Part shown: piece after piece, positions 63,301-64,000 of the stretch
How the letters are laid out: every line of letters starts with the position of its first letter
Numbering within the stretch: position 1 is the first letter of the stretch
Source of the DNA: Pristiophorus japonicus
Taxonomy: Eukaryota
NCBI RefSeq assembly: GCF_044704955.1
Contig: NC_091992.1
Span: forward strand, 105,338,001-105,402,000
Length of the DNA stretch: 64,000 bases
Reading direction: 5' to 3'
The notes under the pieces: model-generated
Databases searched by the model: none
Told to the model about the DNA's origin: nothing
Seen by the model: only the letters and a program-made list of their open reading frames with translations
Position numbers and translations under genes: made by a program

Positions 63301-63639
63301 TTCAAATCGTTAGATACTCTGGGTAAGATGAGTTAATGTTCTATGTACATTTTTATATGATTTTCTAATTATCAGCGATTTTCTAATTATCAGCAATTTT
63401 CACAGTATGCATGCATTTATGACTGGGTGCAGAGAGTAAGAGGATTGAAAAGTTACTTTCTAAATCGTTTAATTTTTTTTTAAAGGAAAAAAGAAGGATA
63501 TTGTGCCTTACAGGAAGAATATTTCTAGCAACGGTTCTGTATACAGCACATCAATATCAGGATCAGCATTGACAAAAGCTTTGTGTTACAGTGTAGAAAG
63601 ATAAGTGTGAAAAATAATCCCTATGTTTTATCTTTTTAG

Positions 63640-63926
63640 ATGGTTTGTCATGGGCCCTCCTAGGTCTGGAACTGGTGTCCATATTGATCCTTTAGGAACA
63701 AGTGCTTGGAATGCTCTAGTTCACGGTCACAAGCGTTGGTGTTTGTTCCCGACAAATACACCGCGTGAACTTATCAAGATGACCAGGGAAGAAGGTGGAA
63801 ATCAACAGGATGAGGCTATCACGTGGTTCTTCATTGTCTACCCTCGAACACAGCATCCGACCTGGCCGCAGGAGTTTAAACCCTTGGAAATCCTTCAGAA
63901 GCCCGGGGAGACTGTCTTCGTTCCAG
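63640..63926 (+). CDS. JMJD6: JMJD6 coding exon 3, JmjC core (gene continues beyond the right edge)
   Basis: [37 protein letters not shown]...[10 protein letters not shown]; Fe-binding HxD motif intact; 287 nt. Confidence 0.97.
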
Positions 63927-64000
63927 GTGACTTTTTTTAAACCGAAAAGTTTACTTACACAGGGCTTTGTTGAAGGGGATCATTGCGGTTGGAAAGTCAT

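Overview
This is vertebrate genomic DNA, most likely from a cartilaginous fish (inferred from DeuSINE/SacSINE1-like SINEs, CR1/L2/RTE LINEs and Harbinger elements). It carries the four-gene block known from human 17q25: MFSD11 (-, coding exons 1-5, continues off the left edge), SRSF2 (+, complete, 215 aa), METTL23 (-, complete, 232 aa) and JMJD6 (+, exons 1-3, continues off the right edge). The genes form two head-to-head pairs with CpG-rich bidirectional promoters. I placed all exons by hand translation with GT-AG boundaries and consistent phases. The introns are filled with decayed and often nested transposons. Most notable observations: (1) a 343-bp insertion made of a full-length 5S rRNA copy fused to a double-hairpin tail, bounded by a perfect 16-bp target-site duplication; (2) a minimal Penelope-type hammerhead ribozyme motif with an intact core in METTL23 intron 1; (3) the SRSF2 3'UTR splicing/NMD autoregulation layout, apparently conserved with human; (4) four CCAAT boxes phased at 31 bp and a stop-overlapping uORF in the METTL23/JMJD6 promoter; (5) inverted CR1 copies bracketing JMJD6 exon 2. 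Comparisons with human sequences and repeat family names are from memory and were not checked by database search.
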